A DNA stretch of 64,000 bases from Eledone cirrhosa (GCA_964016885.1 OZ024751.1:15500001-15564000), one strand, 5' to 3'. Shown: positions 13,760 through 27,798, numbered from the stretch's first letter. Notes: generated by a model from the sequence alone, not told the origin. A program made the numbers and translations.

Positions 13760-14000
13760 CCAGCATCATCGTTTAACGTCCATTTTCCACGCTAGCATGG
13801 GTCTGGACGGGAATTGTCCCACTTGAGGCAAGATTGGCTGTCTTGCTCAGGACTGTCTGGCGGGTTTTCTACGGCTGGATGCCCTTCCTAACACCAACCA
13901 CATTTACAGTGTGGGGCTGGGAGGTTTTTACCGTGTTGCCTACACGGCCACATTACAGCGTGGACTGTGTGTTTTTTTGTCGTGACACCTACACGACCTC
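13760..14000 (-). mobile_element. S3 SINE with an unexpanded internal repeat
   Basis: catcgtttaacgtccattttccacgctagcatggg...ctacggctggatgcccttcctaac; other copies at ~21098-21250, 24465-24620 (+) and 41940-42425. Confidence 0.8.
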
Positions 14001-14689
14001 ATTTATTTAGGACTGGATGTTGTGGTACCAACATAGCTTTACATTGAAAGGGGTGGTGTAGATGGCGGTGTGGGTACGGTTAGTGGGACGGGGGTGTATT
14101 TTGGTTAAGAGTTGCCTACTGACAGTATGTCATAATACGTCCATACGCATGTTTATACACGTGTATGAACACGGACATACACTCACACACACACATACAC
14201 ACACATATGCTCACATACACATACACACATATGTATGATTGTACGTGTGCACATATGGATATCGTTTGTATGAGTATCTATTGCCCATATTTTTCTCGTG
14301 TGAAATTTATAACAAATCAGTATTCTCAATTAATCTGTATTATAATTATCATATATATCATCATTAATGTGTAAATATCAGAATGAGAGAAGAGTGAAAC
14401 TAGTAATAATGAAACGAATAGAGATTCCATAAATGAACTCATTAAATAAGAAGACGATCGTAAATCAAGAGAGCAAATTACATCGTTGATTGTGTATCAG
14501 TGAAAGCTGTGACAGTATTTTAGTGATTTGTTGAATAGATGGGGATGAGGTACTCATAAACTGAAAGATAGGAGCAAATATATATGGTGATATGGAAATA
14601 TGTGTTGTGGTAGTGTTGGTGAAGGTGGTGTAGTGTCTAGTGTAGTGTGTAGGGTGTAGTGTGTTATGATATGATATGGAATACAATGG

Positions 14690-14840
14690 AGAGGGAGAGA
14701 GAAACGGGTGAGAGAGAAGAGAGAGAGAGAAACAGACGAGAGAGAGGGAGACAAACAGGGAGAGAGAGAGAGAGAGAGGGAGAGAAACAGGGAGAGAGAG
14801 AGGGAGAGAGAAACAGGTGAGAGAGAAGAGAGAGAAACAG

Positions 14841-14918
<78 letters not shown>

Positions 14919-15050
14919 AGATAGAAACAGGGGAGAGAGAAAAGAGAGAGAGATAGAAACAGGGGAGAGAGAAGAGAGAGATAGAAACAAGAGAAGAGAG
15001 AGAGAGAAAAGAGGAGAGAGAGAGATAGAAAGAAAGAGAGTGAGAGAAAG
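14690..15050. repeat. (GA)n-rich polypurine tract
   Basis: Read directly. Confidence 0.95.
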
Positions 15051-15128
15051 TGTGGAACATGATCAATCCATCGTCGATTTCGACGACGATCTAACGACTC
15101 TGCCAATTCGCTGCCTTATATGGGAGTA

Positions 15129-15475
15129 TATGAGTTTATAGGCTGAAAACTTCATAGGCTGACCAAGATACTCTCATGGAATGACAAAATGTGGTTCATT
15201 TTCCAATATAGTCCCGGAAAGAAACAATGCAGTTATTAATAAGAAGAGTTGAAATTAATGCATGCAATATTTCACAGCTCTAGCATCAATCAAGCTGAAA
15301 AGTTCATAGGCTGACCAAGATACTCTCATGGAATGGCCAAATGTGGTTTATTTTTCTAATATAGTCCCCGGAAAGAAACAATGCAGTTATTAATCAGAAA
15401 AGTTGAAATTAATGTATACAAGATTTTATAGCTCAGTGTAGTCAGCCTATGAAATGTTCACCCCCCCCCCTCATA
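15129..15475. mobile_element. Mariner-like MITE with an internal ~155-bp duplication
   Basis: TA-bounded imperfect TIRs: tatgag..gctgaaaacttcataggctgac / gtcagcctatgaaatgttca..ctcata. Confidence 0.6.
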
Positions 15476-15624
15476 AATTCAGTTTAAACTATCTCCATAT
15501 AAGTTAAGTTATAGAAATTATTTTGCTATTATGATGATTAAATATCAAACAATGAAAAAATGTTGGATTTAAGTATGGTACATTGAATTTGAATTGAAGT
15601 GTTTCAGATCATAATAAAACAGCT

Positions 15625-16485
15625 ATAACAACAACAACAACAACATAACTGCAACAACAATAACAGCAATAACAACAATAATAACAGCGACAGAGCAATA
15701 ACAACAACAATAACAAGAACAACGACAACAGCAACAACAATAACGACAACAACAACAACAACAACAACAACGGCAATAATAATAACGACAATAATAATAA
15801 CAACAACAGCAGCAGCAGCAGCAACAATAACATCAACTATAACAATAACAGCAGCAACAACAACAATAGAAACAACAACAGCAATAACGATAACAACAGC
15901 AATAACAACAACAGCATTGACAACAGCAATAACAGCAACAACAACAGCAATAACAGCAACAACAACAGCAACAACAACAGTAGCAACAACACCAATAACA
16001 ACAACAGCAACGACAACAGCAATAACAACAACAAAAACACCAGCAACAACAGCAATAACAGCAACAACAACAGCAATAACAACAACAGCAACAACACCAA
16101 TAACAACAACAGCAACGACAACAGCAATAACAACAACAAAAACACCAACAACAGCAATAACAGCAACAACAACAGCAACGACAACAGCAACAGAAATAAC
16201 AACATCAACAACAACAACACCAATAACAACAACAACATCAACAACAACACCAATAACAACAACAGCAACGACAACAGCAACATCAATAACAACAGCAACA
16301 ACAACAACATCAACAACAACACCAATAACAACAACAGCAACAGCAATAACAACAACATCAACAACAACACCAACAACATCAACAACAACACCAATAACAA
16401 CAACAACAGCAATAACAACATCAACAACAACACCAATAATAACAACAGCAACGACAACAGCAACAACAACACCAACAAACAACAA
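15625..16485. repeat. Degenerate (AAC/AGC/AAT)n trinucleotide array
   Basis: Read directly; produces spurious poly-Thr/Val/Leu ORFs. Confidence 0.9.
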
Positions 16486-16959
16486 AACATTACAGATTTA
16501 ATTGAATTTGAAACAAAACCTAGTTATATATATGATTTCCAGTAGATCTCCATTTTGTCGAATTAAATACTCTTCTTTGTTTTTATATGTATGTTTCGTG
16601 TTTGTAATAATATTATTGCCGTCGGATTGACTATAATCGTTCTACAGAAATGAAAGCTTACTAGGGATTTATTACATAAATACCTGATAAAGAGCTGTAG
16701 CTAACACAAATATGAAGCATTACAATGGAAGGTTAGAGATTCAACATAAAATACGAATACTCTACTGGTAATCTCTGTTTTGTTGTTGTTGTTGTTGTTG
16801 CTGTTTTTTTATTGGTTGGAGGTTTTGTTGTTAGTGTTGCTGTTGTTGTTCTCTCTCTCTTTCTCTTTCTCTCTCTCTTTCTCTTTCTCTCTCTCTTTTT
16901 CTTTCTTTCTCTCTCTCTCTCTCTCTCTCTTTTTCTTTCTCTCTCTTTCTCTCTCTCTC

Positions 16960-17002
<43 letters not shown>

Positions 17003-17035
17003 ATCTCTGCCTTTCTAGCTACGCCAGTCTGTTAA

Positions 17036-17133
<98 letters not shown>

Positions 17134-17220
17134 TTATCTCTCTCTTCTCTGTCTTCACTCTTTATCTTCCTTCCTTTCTTGTCTCTCCCCCTCTCCCTCA
17201 TGCCAGCATAAACATCCACG

Positions 17221-17259
<39 letters not shown>

Positions 17260-17292
17260 ATATATCTATATATCTATATATCTATATCTATA

Positions 17293-17355
<63 letters not shown>

Positions 17356-17360
17356 CTATC

Positions 17361-17408
<48 letters not shown>

Positions 17409-17801
17409 TATTTAATACAGAGATAGCTTAACGCTAAACTCCGACTGGCAACTAACTCACTCAACAAACATTAGGTTATATGTTAGTATAACCCAATTTA
17501 AGTGTTTGGGGTGCTAACTATATGTATTTTGTGGAAAGCCAGTTGTATTATTTTATGAGATATAATTAAAGTTAAAATATATCTCTCTTTCAAAACAATT
17601 GTTTCATTATAAGTTTTCTACAAGTTGGGAGAATGTTTCCAGTTTATGTAGAAGCCTAACATATATTCATGTAAGAAAATGTCTATATTTATTAATATTT
17701 TGAATTAATATATATATATATATATATACATTCATATATACATATATATAAATATTATGGAATGCTGTTGGCTTTTCGCTGCAGTGTTTTCTATACCTTT
17801 C

Positions 17802-17879
<78 letters not shown>

Positions 17880-17977
17880 GTAAGAGAATGAAGAATAACA
17901 TGGTCGGCTGTACAACAAGGGGCTTTATTTCAAGTACTGACCTTAAATACAGTGTTTACCTCTGATCAAATCCTCAG

Positions 17978-18075
<98 letters not shown>

Positions 18076-18327
18076 GCAGAGGTTATATTTAATTTGTTGG
18101 GATACAACAAGCTTAAAAATATTTTTATAACTGATATAAAGCACTATCCAGGAAGCTCCAACCATTAAGGTTGTCTTTTTTCAGGGTATGTCAATATTTA
18201 TTTATAAAACTAATCTGTATTGTATTTTATCTGATGAAAGCGCACCATAATTTGCCTTGGTGGCCCTTGAAATATCTATAATAAAATAAATATGGTTTTA
18301 TAAATATTGTTTCCATTTGTTAATATA

Positions 18328-18330
<3 letters not shown>
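18076..18330. mobile_element. Family A element with inverted tail plus body, between (TA)n tracts
   Basis: 18076-18146 is colinear with 39681-39747; 18143-18325 is the reverse complement of 39775-39952. Confidence 0.8.
18223..18288 (+). ncRNA. Family A type I hammerhead ribozyme
   Basis: tattttat-CTGATGA-aagcgcacca...tggtggccctt-GAAAT atct ATA-ataaaata; stem I 8 bp. Confidence 0.75.
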
Positions 18331-18417
<87 letters not shown>

Positions 18418-18955
18418 TTTAGTACAGCATTGACGAAGCTTTAGAACAAGGCCAAGCTAGCGAATGCATAATCGGTCTGTAGCTTTAGCACTCGGATGAG
18501 GAAGGACCCCAGAGTAATAACATTACGTTCAGACAGCTTAGCAAATCAGATATAGCGGTCGGCAGTCCAGCCGCATCACTAGAGCAACGAAAATACAGGA
18601 CCCAGGAAAATATTTTATACTAACCCGGATATAGCGGTGAGGCTGAGTGCAAAATATATAACTTACATCGTATATCAACAATATACATCACATATAGCAT
18701 CCAACTTCAGCGCTAAGTTACTGTAAATCTAAGATCGACAAATTCCGATTGCAGGAGTCTGCAATATAATGGTTTTTGACGACAGAACATAAGATTTACT
18801 TCTTCAGCAAGTCTTGCGCTCTTAGCCTGAACGGGTATGTTGTAGCTTTAAATATCGCCACAGACACGTGGTTTTCTCCACTTAGGCGGTGAATTCCAAT
18901 TTGAGATAAAGGAATAAATCTCTTTAGACAAACCGAATAAAGCACTCAACCAGAA

Positions 18956-19009
<54 letters not shown>

Positions 19010-19012
<3 letters not shown>

Positions 19013-19200
19013 AACAAGGAGAGAAGAATACTGCATGGTTGCACATGGATTACATATTATAAAATTAGTCCCTCATCAGTGATTTGCCAACCATCATTGG
19101 TATTTCATCGCATTAAAAATCAGATACCTCAGGTTGGTGCGAGCAATAACTAAAATAAGCTATTGGGACAAGTGAGACAAGTAAACAACAGAAGGAAAAG

Positions 19201-19203
<3 letters not shown>
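19010..19203 (-). mobile_element. Family B mini-element fragment between (TA)n tracts
   Basis: Shares tggttgcacatgg..tagtcc(c/t)tc(a/g)tcagtgat..ccaaccatcattggtatttcatcgc with 28487-28860, 29469-30132 and 59186-59430. Confidence 0.75.
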
Positions 19204-19233
<30 letters not shown>

Positions 19234-19350
19234 TTAGAAAGTAAGGTTTTTTTTACAAAATGAAAAATAACCGAGGTGTCCTACACGAGTGAAAGTATAA
19301 AGAAAAAGAGATGAAATCGAAAATGCAACTGGAGTCTTATTTTTAAAAAA

Positions 19351-19536
19351 AATATATATATTTATTTGGTTCCTTTACCGGTTTCGCAGTTCTTCTGCTT
19401 TTCAAAAGGTGAGTTGAGATGGAGGGTCTGTGGTTTTTCTCACATCTGAAAAACCACAGACCCTCCATCTCAACTCACCTTTTGAAAAGCAGAAGAACTG
19501 CGAAACCGGCAAAGGAACCAAATAAATATATATATT
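19351..19536. repeat. Inverted repeat with 89-bp arms and an 8-nt spacer
   Basis: 19351-19439 versus 19448-19536; one mismatch seen. Confidence 0.9.
19372..19409 (-). ncRNA. Hammerhead variant with a U3-A8 core (UUGAAAA)
   Basis: cctt-TTGAAAA-gcag aagaa ctgc-GAAAC cg GTA-aagg; stem III is the palindrome ACCGGT. Confidence 0.7.
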
Positions 19537-19561
19537 TAAAAAAAAAAAAAAAAAAAAAAAA

Positions 19562-19592
<31 letters not shown>

Positions 19593-19593
19593 A

Positions 19594-20045
19594 TTAGCAG
19601 TGTAAGAGGGTGCCCCGAGAGCATAATAGTTAAAATAAGGATAGAATGGAAGAAGTTTAATGAGTTTAATGAGCTCCTTCCACTGTTGACAACAAAAGTC
19701 TTCTCTCTATGAACAAAGGGACAGCTGTATCTTGCCTGTGTGTGAAGTGTGATGCTGCATTGTAGTGAAACATGTGCAGTAACTGCAGAGGACATGCGTA
19801 GGCTTGAGAGAAATGAAGCAACTATGCTTCGTTAGATGTGCAATGTAACTGTGAGAGAAAGGCAGCGCTCGGATGAGCTGATGGAGGAACTGGCTTTAAG
19901 AAGAATCTGAAGTAGTATGCAAGAGAGAAGATTGTGTTGGTAGGGACATGTGATGTGCATGAATGATGATTGCTTGATGAATAAGTACCAGGAAATCCCA
20001 GTAGAAGGAAGCCGCAGTAGAGGTAGATCATATAAAACATGGGTG
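19594..20045 (+). pseudogene. RTE-clade LINE ORF2 C-terminal fragment
   Basis: RIEWKKF.ELLPLL..K..SL..KG.LY.ACV.SVMLH.SET.AVTAEDMRRLERNEA.MLR.MC...RRL.W.GHV...GR..KTW, with stops. Confidence 0.85.
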
Positions 20046-20196
20046 GAGATAGTAAGTCTTGTTACTCTGGAGTTTCGCCTCTTCTAAACAGGCGAAACCT
20101 CAGAGTAACAACACTTACTATTTAGCTTTAATAATATATTTAAACTTTACTTCGGTGTTGAGTACTCTTTTCTCTCAGCTGTCAACTACATACGGA

Positions 20197-20241
<45 letters not shown>

Positions 20242-20245
<4 letters not shown>

Positions 20246-20290
20246 AATGTCAGGACCCCGACGGCTGAGCTCCGGCCGTTTCGACAGTTG
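20242..20290 (-). mobile_element. Diverged half-hammerhead terminal cassette (End1)
   Basis: ccccgacggctgagctccggccgtttcgac next to (TA)n; compare 42673, 42889, 45548, 53015 and 62290. Confidence 0.65.
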
Positions 20291-20482
20291 GATCGGAACT
20301 AAGTCAGCAGTATTAGAACAGCGGGAATCTAGCTGAACTTATCAAGGGGTACAGTCCATATATGGGCATGCAGTTAAAAAAAAAAAAAAAAAAAAGCAGA
20401 AACAATCAAACAATCCTAAAAATTTGTTGTTTTTCTTATCGGGGGTGGCTAGACTGGCCTGTAGAACACAGGGGAGGCCTGT

Positions 20483-20573
<91 letters not shown>

Positions 20574-20732
20574 GAAAAGTATAGAAATTATTGTGAGCAA
20601 GAAGCCAACAGTATTCCATAATATATAAGTGACTATAACGTCAAAATGGAAAAATAGTTAACGTAAGATGTGGGAAAATAATTCAAACTCAATTCAAAAA
20701 GAATCAGGATATAGATTCATCCACAGAATTTA

Positions 20733-20811
<79 letters not shown>

Positions 20812-20975
20812 TCAAAGGTTAATTAGTCACTAATACCCAAACATCTCAATGAAATAGATCTCACAGAGAAGCTATATTATATATTAAAATTAAATGAGAA
20901 AAGACTCATCATAAACAGTACAAACAAGATAGACGGAAAAATAATGTTTCATCTAACTTCCCTTATATATAGATC

Positions 20976-21054
20976 TCCCTACCATGGTTTCCCATGGGGA
21001 AGAACCATTATTGGAATGACCAATAATTCAAGAACCGCCATACTCTTCAGAGAA
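20976..21054 (-). ncRNA. Type I hammerhead with extended stem II
   Basis: ttct-CTGAAGA-gtatgg...(inner attattgg/ccaataat hairpin)...ccatgg-GAAAC catg GTA-ggga; stem III is the palindrome ACCATGGT. Confidence 0.75.
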
Positions 21055-23615
21055 GTTAGATTCTTCAAGTCTAAGAGAAATGGAACGATATATATATATC
21101 ATCATCATCGTTTAACCTCCATTTTCCACGCTAGCATGGGTAGGACAGGCTGTCCCTTTGTGAGAGATCTGGCCACTGGATCATGTTTTGCTCATGCAGG
21201 GCTGATTTTGGCTTGGATTCTACGGCTGGAGGGTCTTCCTAACGCCATTTACAGTTATTACACTGTCAAACCTGGCTTATGGGAGATTCGCTTTCCATTG
21301 TTGTCAATTCATCAGTGCGGCCATTTAAAAAAAAAAAAAAAAAATATTGGAAACTTTAAAATACGGTAGTATGTGGTGTAACATCCCAGAAAAGTACAAG
21401 AACCGTAGATTAGATACAAGTAAATATCACTGGAAAATTGGATACTATTCACACTGTCTTCAAATAACATTTGAAACTCTGAAATTCATGTTCATGTTAT
21501 ATTTTCTAAGTAAAATGGTACTGGGTGCAGGCTATTTTTGTTCAATAACATATTTACAGAAATCAATGAATAATATTTATAAAAAGAACCGCAAGGAAAT
21601 ACATCAACTCTAAAATGGACACTTTAATGAGTTCCTATACAGTAATATTAATGTTATTCTCCCTTTCCAAATTACACAACGTTGTTACATGGAAAGGTTC
21701 TGGCGGCCGCCATTTTCAATTAGCATCTCTCGAATTTTACTTCTAAATTTATTTCCTGTTTTGCGGACAGAGAAAAAGAAACAAATATTTTCCGATTACA
21801 AAAGAAATTGAAATAAAAATATTTCTCAATATTTTTTCATATTCTATCAGGAACATTTGTTGATCGTCCTTTTTCGATTCTTGGATTGCAGTTAAGAGCC
21901 GGAGTGCTCAACCTCCCATTTCTTGTTTAAAATCATAAATTCCACCACGTCTAAATGATATTTGTCATAATTGATAGTTTGGACCGGACGCCTATCCATA
22001 ATAGGGTTGTTACCCAGCAACTGCTGTTGCTGTTCCTGGTACTCATTTTCAACTGAGGTGAGTGGAGAGCAATTTGAAATGAAGTGTCTTGCTCAAGAAC
22101 ACAATGCACCACCCCATCCAGGAAACGAAACTATGGCATAATGACTATGAGCCGAAAAGGCTAACCTCTAAGCCACTCAACTCTACAATGAACACTGAAC
22201 ACATTATTCAATACTTTATAAAACAGAACACATTTATCACACCAAAGCAGAGACAACACGATTAATATTTTACAAAATGACTTACAACAACACTCTTATA
22301 TAAGAGGTGTAGACCGGTGACAAAAGTGATTTATGTATTTGATTGTAAACAAGAAAGCTGTAAGTTTTACTTCAACTATTAGTGTCCATCCACGCGTGAC
22401 ATCCTTCAATGGCTCATGTATTTACTACAAAGAGTCATTGCAATGTACGAGATTTCGCATTATGAAACAAATACTCATCTAGGAATTGAATTCATGACAT
22501 TACTATCATAACTCCAACACCTTAACCACTAGGTCACGCGACGTAACCAAGAGGATTGATAGATGGATGTAAACCCTGTAACTCCTCAGGGAGTCATAGG
22601 TATGCCATATTAACATAAGGCATTTCTAGGGCTTTAAAAACAACAGCTGGCGGAGCCCATCTCCTCTCCACTTCTGAATACAGCATATTTCTTCCAGAGA
22701 AGGATAGAGAGTGAGAGAATGGAATTGAGAAAGAGATATAGAGGAAAGATCGACCCCCAGTAATCAACTGGTACTTTTTTTTATCGATCTCGAATAGATG
22801 AAAAGCAAAGTTGACCTCGGTGGGATTTGAACTCTGAGAGTTGAAACGAATACTACAAAGCATTCTATCCAATGTTATAACGACTCTGTCAATTCGTCGC
22901 CTATGACTAAGGCAATAGGGTGTCCTAAACAATTGGAAGTTGATTTGGTTGCTGTTTATAATGGGTTAAACAATTTCGCAGTGATTTTCTCATTGGTTCG
23001 TTAGGAAAGTTTTTCAAAAATGGAGACGCACATCTCATAATAATGGAAATTAGAATTAGCAAGTTTGATAACTTCCAATTAAAATGTTAATCAACTTGAT
23101 AGGAATGGTTATAATAAGCAGATACTTTACGAAGAATTCATATTTCACGTCAGACTACATCTGTTTTTATTCAACTTAATTTCCTGTTTGTATCAGTTTA
23201 ATATATTTAGAAACTTATACAGAACGGTGTAAGTGAAGGGCTGGTTAATGTATCAGGCAATCATATCACATGACTGACTTTATTATCTGTTGCATTTGTT
23301 TAACACTTTCATAACTAAGCCATATTTCTAATGAAAGACATTACCTATAATTCTGAAATCATTTTGAAATCATTTTGAAAATAATCAAGAATTTGGAGGA
23401 ATTTAATAACATAGCTAACTTTGTTATTATCAAGCTGGTGTTTGAAGCATAACAAAGGTTCTTACTAAATTATAATAGTAATTTCTTTTTTTTTTTAGAT
23501 AAATAAAGGTAAACTGAAACAGAGTTTCTAGGATGCATCATATACAGACTTTATTCACGTATGGCATCATTTCGATATCGACCACTTTCAATGTGTTCTG
23601 CACATATAAACCCGG

Positions 23616-23707
23616 ATATCTGATGAGTTGTCGAAGCAGAGTTGGGCCCCGGACCCGGACATCATGGTCGCATCTTGAGCTGATCGATATCGAAACAATT
23701 GTCACAT
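23616..23707 (+). ncRNA. Type I hammerhead with ~45-nt stem II insert and weak stem I
   Basis: CTGATGA-gttgtcga...tcgatatc-GAAAC aatt GTC; preceded by a diverged inverted copy of its 3' half (23536-23582). Confidence 0.65.
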
Positions 23708-23820
23708 GTGAATAAGATTTATACATGATCCAGCTTTGAGACTTTGTTCCTGCTTGCTTTTATTTACACTCTGCAGGAGGTTACAAGTGTCCTTACTTAG
23801 CCCTTAGTTACTCGGAAGTA

Positions 23821-23909
23821 TATACCCTACATGTGACCTGACAGACATTTGGAACTGAGCTGAGTGCTCTGACTGGAAAACCGCCTGTAACTATTGTTAC
23901 ACATCTCCC

Positions 23910-23957
<48 letters not shown>

Positions 23958-24033
23958 CAATAGTTACAGGCGGTTTTACAGTCAGAGCACTCAGCTCAGT
24001 TCCAAATGTCTGTCACGTCACATGTAGGGTATA
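23821..24033. repeat. Inverted repeat with ~79-bp arms around (TA)n
   Basis: 23821-23899 versus 23955-24033; two mismatches seen. Confidence 0.85.
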
Positions 24034-24360
24034 TATACATATATATATATATATATACATAAATATATATACATATATATATATACATATATAAAAACAT
24101 ATATATATACATATATATATATATACATAATTTCTCATATATATTTATTTATATATATATATATGTATATATATATGTATATATATGTATATATATATGT
24201 ATATATATATATGTATATATATGTATATATATATGTATATATATATATGTATATATATATGTATATATATATATGTATATATATGTATATATATGTATAT
24301 ATATATGTATATATGTATATATGTATATATATATGTATATATATGTATATATATGTATAT

Positions 24361-24433
<73 letters not shown>

Positions 24434-24796
24434 TACATATATGTATATATATGTATATATATGTAAATGTGGTTGGTGTTAGGAAGGGCATCCAGCTGTA
24501 GAAAACCCGCCAGACAGTCCTATGCGAGCAAGACAATCACTCTTGCCTCAAGTGGGAAAACCCCCGTCCAAACCCATGCAAGCGTGGAACACGGACGTTA
24601 AACGATGATGATGATGATGATATATATACATGTATATATATGTATATATATGTATATATATGTATATATATATATATGTATATATATGTATATATATATA
24701 TATATGAATATATATGTATATATATATGTATATATATGTATATATATATATGTATATATGAATATATATTTATATATATATATGTATATATGAATA

Positions 24797-24852
<56 letters not shown>

Positions 24853-24933
24853 GATAAGCAGAACAAGTAAAATTCAATCAATTTTTCAAAATACATTAAA
24901 AAATATAATATAAATATTTACCCCTTCTAGTGG

Positions 24934-25012
24934 CCCTTACTGATCAGTTTCGCTTTGTAAAACCTCATAAATCCGATGGATTTATGATGGAAAACCAAAG
25001 CTCATCAGAGAA
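24934..25012 (-). ncRNA. Type I hammerhead with extended stem II
   Basis: ttct-CTGATGA-gctttg...(tcataaatcc atc ggatttatga)...caaagc-GAAAC tgatca GTA-aggg; stem III is the palindrome ACTGATCAGT. Confidence 0.8.
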
Positions 25013-25134
25013 GCATTTTCCCTTCCTAGGGCTAAACGTCTCAGGAACGACAAAATATACAACCTCCTGCCAGCTAATAAAGGTCTGAAAGGTCGTAAAA
25101 TTGACCCGTATGTAAACTGGACCGAAGTAAAAGC

Positions 25135-25188
<54 letters not shown>

Positions 25189-25233
25189 TGAAGAATAATA
25201 TGGTTGACAGTACAAACAAGGATATTTATTTAC

Positions 25234-25340
25234 AGTCTTACAATTATTTCCATGATAGAATTGTCTATAAATTGCTAAATACTGGAGACAGTATAACTCA
25301 ATTTACAATATATCTAAGTTCAATCATTTCATCAGAAACT
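25234..25340 (-). ncRNA. Type I hammerhead with ~55-nt stem II loop
   Basis: agttt-CTGATGA-aatgattgaa...ttctatcatg-GAAAT aatt GTA-agact, followed by gtaAATAAA. Confidence 0.7.
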
Positions 25341-26041
25341 ATTAAAAAATATAAAATATATTCGTAACGGTAAACTTAAAAATTCAATTTACTACATCAA
25401 TAATAGTATTAATGATAAATAAATAAAGGAAGGGGGACAGATGGAAATGAGAGAGAAAGAAAGAAAATGACGAAAGAAGGAACGAAGATATAGTTAAATG
25501 TATAACCGACAAAGTTACAGAATCAAACTATCACATCAAAATAAATATAATAATAATAATAAAGATATATATAGAAAGAGAGAAGAGGGGGGGGGTATAG
25601 CATAGGCAAAGAGGAAGGATAAATAAGGAAGATGAGAAAGAAATAGAGGAAGATTAAGAGGGATGAGGAAGCAGAGGGGAATAGAAATTAATCATGAATA
25701 TGGGGATATGAAGAAGAGAGAAAATAAAATAAACATACGGACGAATATACATTACTATGTAAAATAGTTAGTTTGAGATGTATTATATTATAGGATAAAA
25801 TGATCGAGTTAAAATATGTTTAAGTGAAGAAATACAAAGACAAATGGTGAAAGCTGACAGATCTCTGTTTCATACTGTTGGTATTCATCAGAGCTTATCT
25901 CCCTTTGTTTGTTGAAAAAAGAAGTAAGTGACATAGTCACTTCTTTAAAACAATAGCGCAAGGTCTTCAAAATGCTTTTAATTAAGCACACAGTGTATTG
26001 CCAAATACACTATATATACATTCATATATATATATTTGTAT

Positions 26042-26170
<129 letters not shown>

Positions 26171-26349
26171 CTATCTATCTATCTAAGGCGGGTAAAATTC
26201 CCGAGATCCATGGACGAGTTCTCTCCAGCGGTCTCTGTCCCTCATTATCGCTGCCATGCCCTGCGTCTCCAACAGACCAGTGTCTGTCCTTAGGGCATCA
26301 ACATACGTTAATCTTGGTCTTCCTCTTCTAGTGTGTCCATGTAGTATGA

Positions 26350-26495
26350 CATTAAACTACATCCAGTGGCAAGGCTCCAGTTCGGGAGTTCAGGGGTTGT
26401 GGGGAATGTGGAGTTACCCCTTATTTGTAATAACTCCCAGGTCTGCCCTGGCCCGGAGTAGTAGTACCTGTTAGGGCTCCATTTATGGGTTAAAT
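26350..26495. mobile_element. SINE-like repeat fragment
   Basis: ggctccag..ggggaatgtggagttacccc..actcccaggtc..cccggagtagtagtacctgttaggg resembles an abundant Octopus-type SINE (recognised from memory; single copy here). Confidence 0.5.
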
Positions 26496-26654
26496 AACTA
26501 CCTTATTCGAGTGGCGCCGGTAAGGTATTGTCAGCCATTGAAAAGAAATATGGAGAGTCGATCTAACAGCACTAGGGTTAGAGGCCCTAATTACCCTAAT
26601 ATATATGTATATATATATATATATATTTATTAAAATAACAGATTAAGCAAAGAA

Positions 26655-27460
26655 TCGCTGCTTTCACCCTTAACGGGATCTTCTGAAATTAAAAAAAACA
26701 ATCTGTGAATGTAGAAGTAAATATTTCGAAAAACGTTGCAACCGAAGGAAGATAGGAAGACGATACTTTGGTTCGTGGAAACGTTCCCTGACAAAGAACG
26801 GAAAAAACGAAGATAATACGTCATTATTTGATGCGGAGAAAATAATTACACGCAAAGATAAAACCACGTTTATGGTATAAAGGAAGTCGTAGACTAATAT
26901 TCTATTAGGTGGTTCGTGGAGACGTTCTCTGGCAATGAACGGAAAAAACGAAGATAATACGTCATGGTGTGGAGCGAGAGAACAATTATACGCAAAGACA
27001 AAACCACGTTTATGGTATAACTGAAGTCGTAGACTAAAATTCTATTTAGGAAACCGAATGATTCTCGGCTTCAGAGTTAAGAATAATTGTTTCTACATTT
27101 GGCACAAGGCCAGCAATTATCCCAGTGTATTACTGGTGCTTTATTTTATCGACCTCGTAAGGATGAAAGGCAAAGTTAACCTCGGCGGGATTTGAACTCA
27201 GACCATAAAGGGACGTAACTCTATGTGTCAAAGCATGGCGTCTGACCCTCTATCGATACTGCCAATCCCCCGCCTTAGAGTTAAGAATAATGTAAATAAA
27301 TTACAGAGGTAATTGAAATCAACAAAAATATAAAAATGCACGCATCCATATACGTACATACACATGCATACGCGAAAACACTCGCAACGTTTTTCGAAAT
27401 ATTTACTTCTGCGTTCACAGATTGATTTTTTTTTAGTTTCAGAAGATCCCGTTAAGGGTG
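26655..27460. repeat. Distant inverted pair (26655-26740 / 27384-27460) enclosing a ~141-bp tandem duplication and an S1 SINE
   Basis: cacccttaacgggatcttctgaaa.. versus ..tttcagaagatcccgttaagggtg; duplication 26770-27050; carries a degenerate CAGAAGA..GAAAG hammerhead-like motif. Confidence 0.7.
27084..27276 (-). mobile_element. S1 tRNA-derived SINE with TSD
   Basis: Full length; direct repeat agagttaagaataat on both sides. Confidence 0.9.
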
Positions 27461-27482
27461 TAAGTTACTCTTGGAGTAATAA

Positions 27483-27730
27483 TAGTGAAAGAGTGAAGAA
27501 TAACATGGTCACCCGTACAAAAAGGGTTTTATTTACAGTATTAACAATTGTTTCATTGGTTAAGTTGTCTTAAAATTGCTAATCACTTGGAGTTGCGTAC
27601 ATCGTATTTAAAATTGAGTGGCACAACTTCAAGTGATTAGCAATTTTAAGACAACTTAACCAATGACACAATTGTTAATACTGTAAATAAAACCCTTTTT
27701 GTACGGGTGACCATGTTATTCCTCACTCTT

Positions 27731-27736
<6 letters not shown>
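27483..27736. repeat. Fold-back of a mini-element 3' end (113-bp arms, 28-nt spacer)
   Basis: 27483-27595 versus 27624-27736; same family as 25185-25340 and 17880-17930. Confidence 0.9.

Positions 27737-27796
<60 letters not shown>

Positions 27797-27798
<2 letters not shown>

Noticed and set aside
15604-16501. Mucin-like Thr-rich protein
   Set aside because: Trinucleotide repeat open in several frames on both strands; no signal peptide, domain or splice evidence.
17935-17980. Additional hammerheads at 17940, 42480, 61055, 62730 and 680
   Set aside because: Only partial cores or unpaired stem I; likely decayed relatives, not called.
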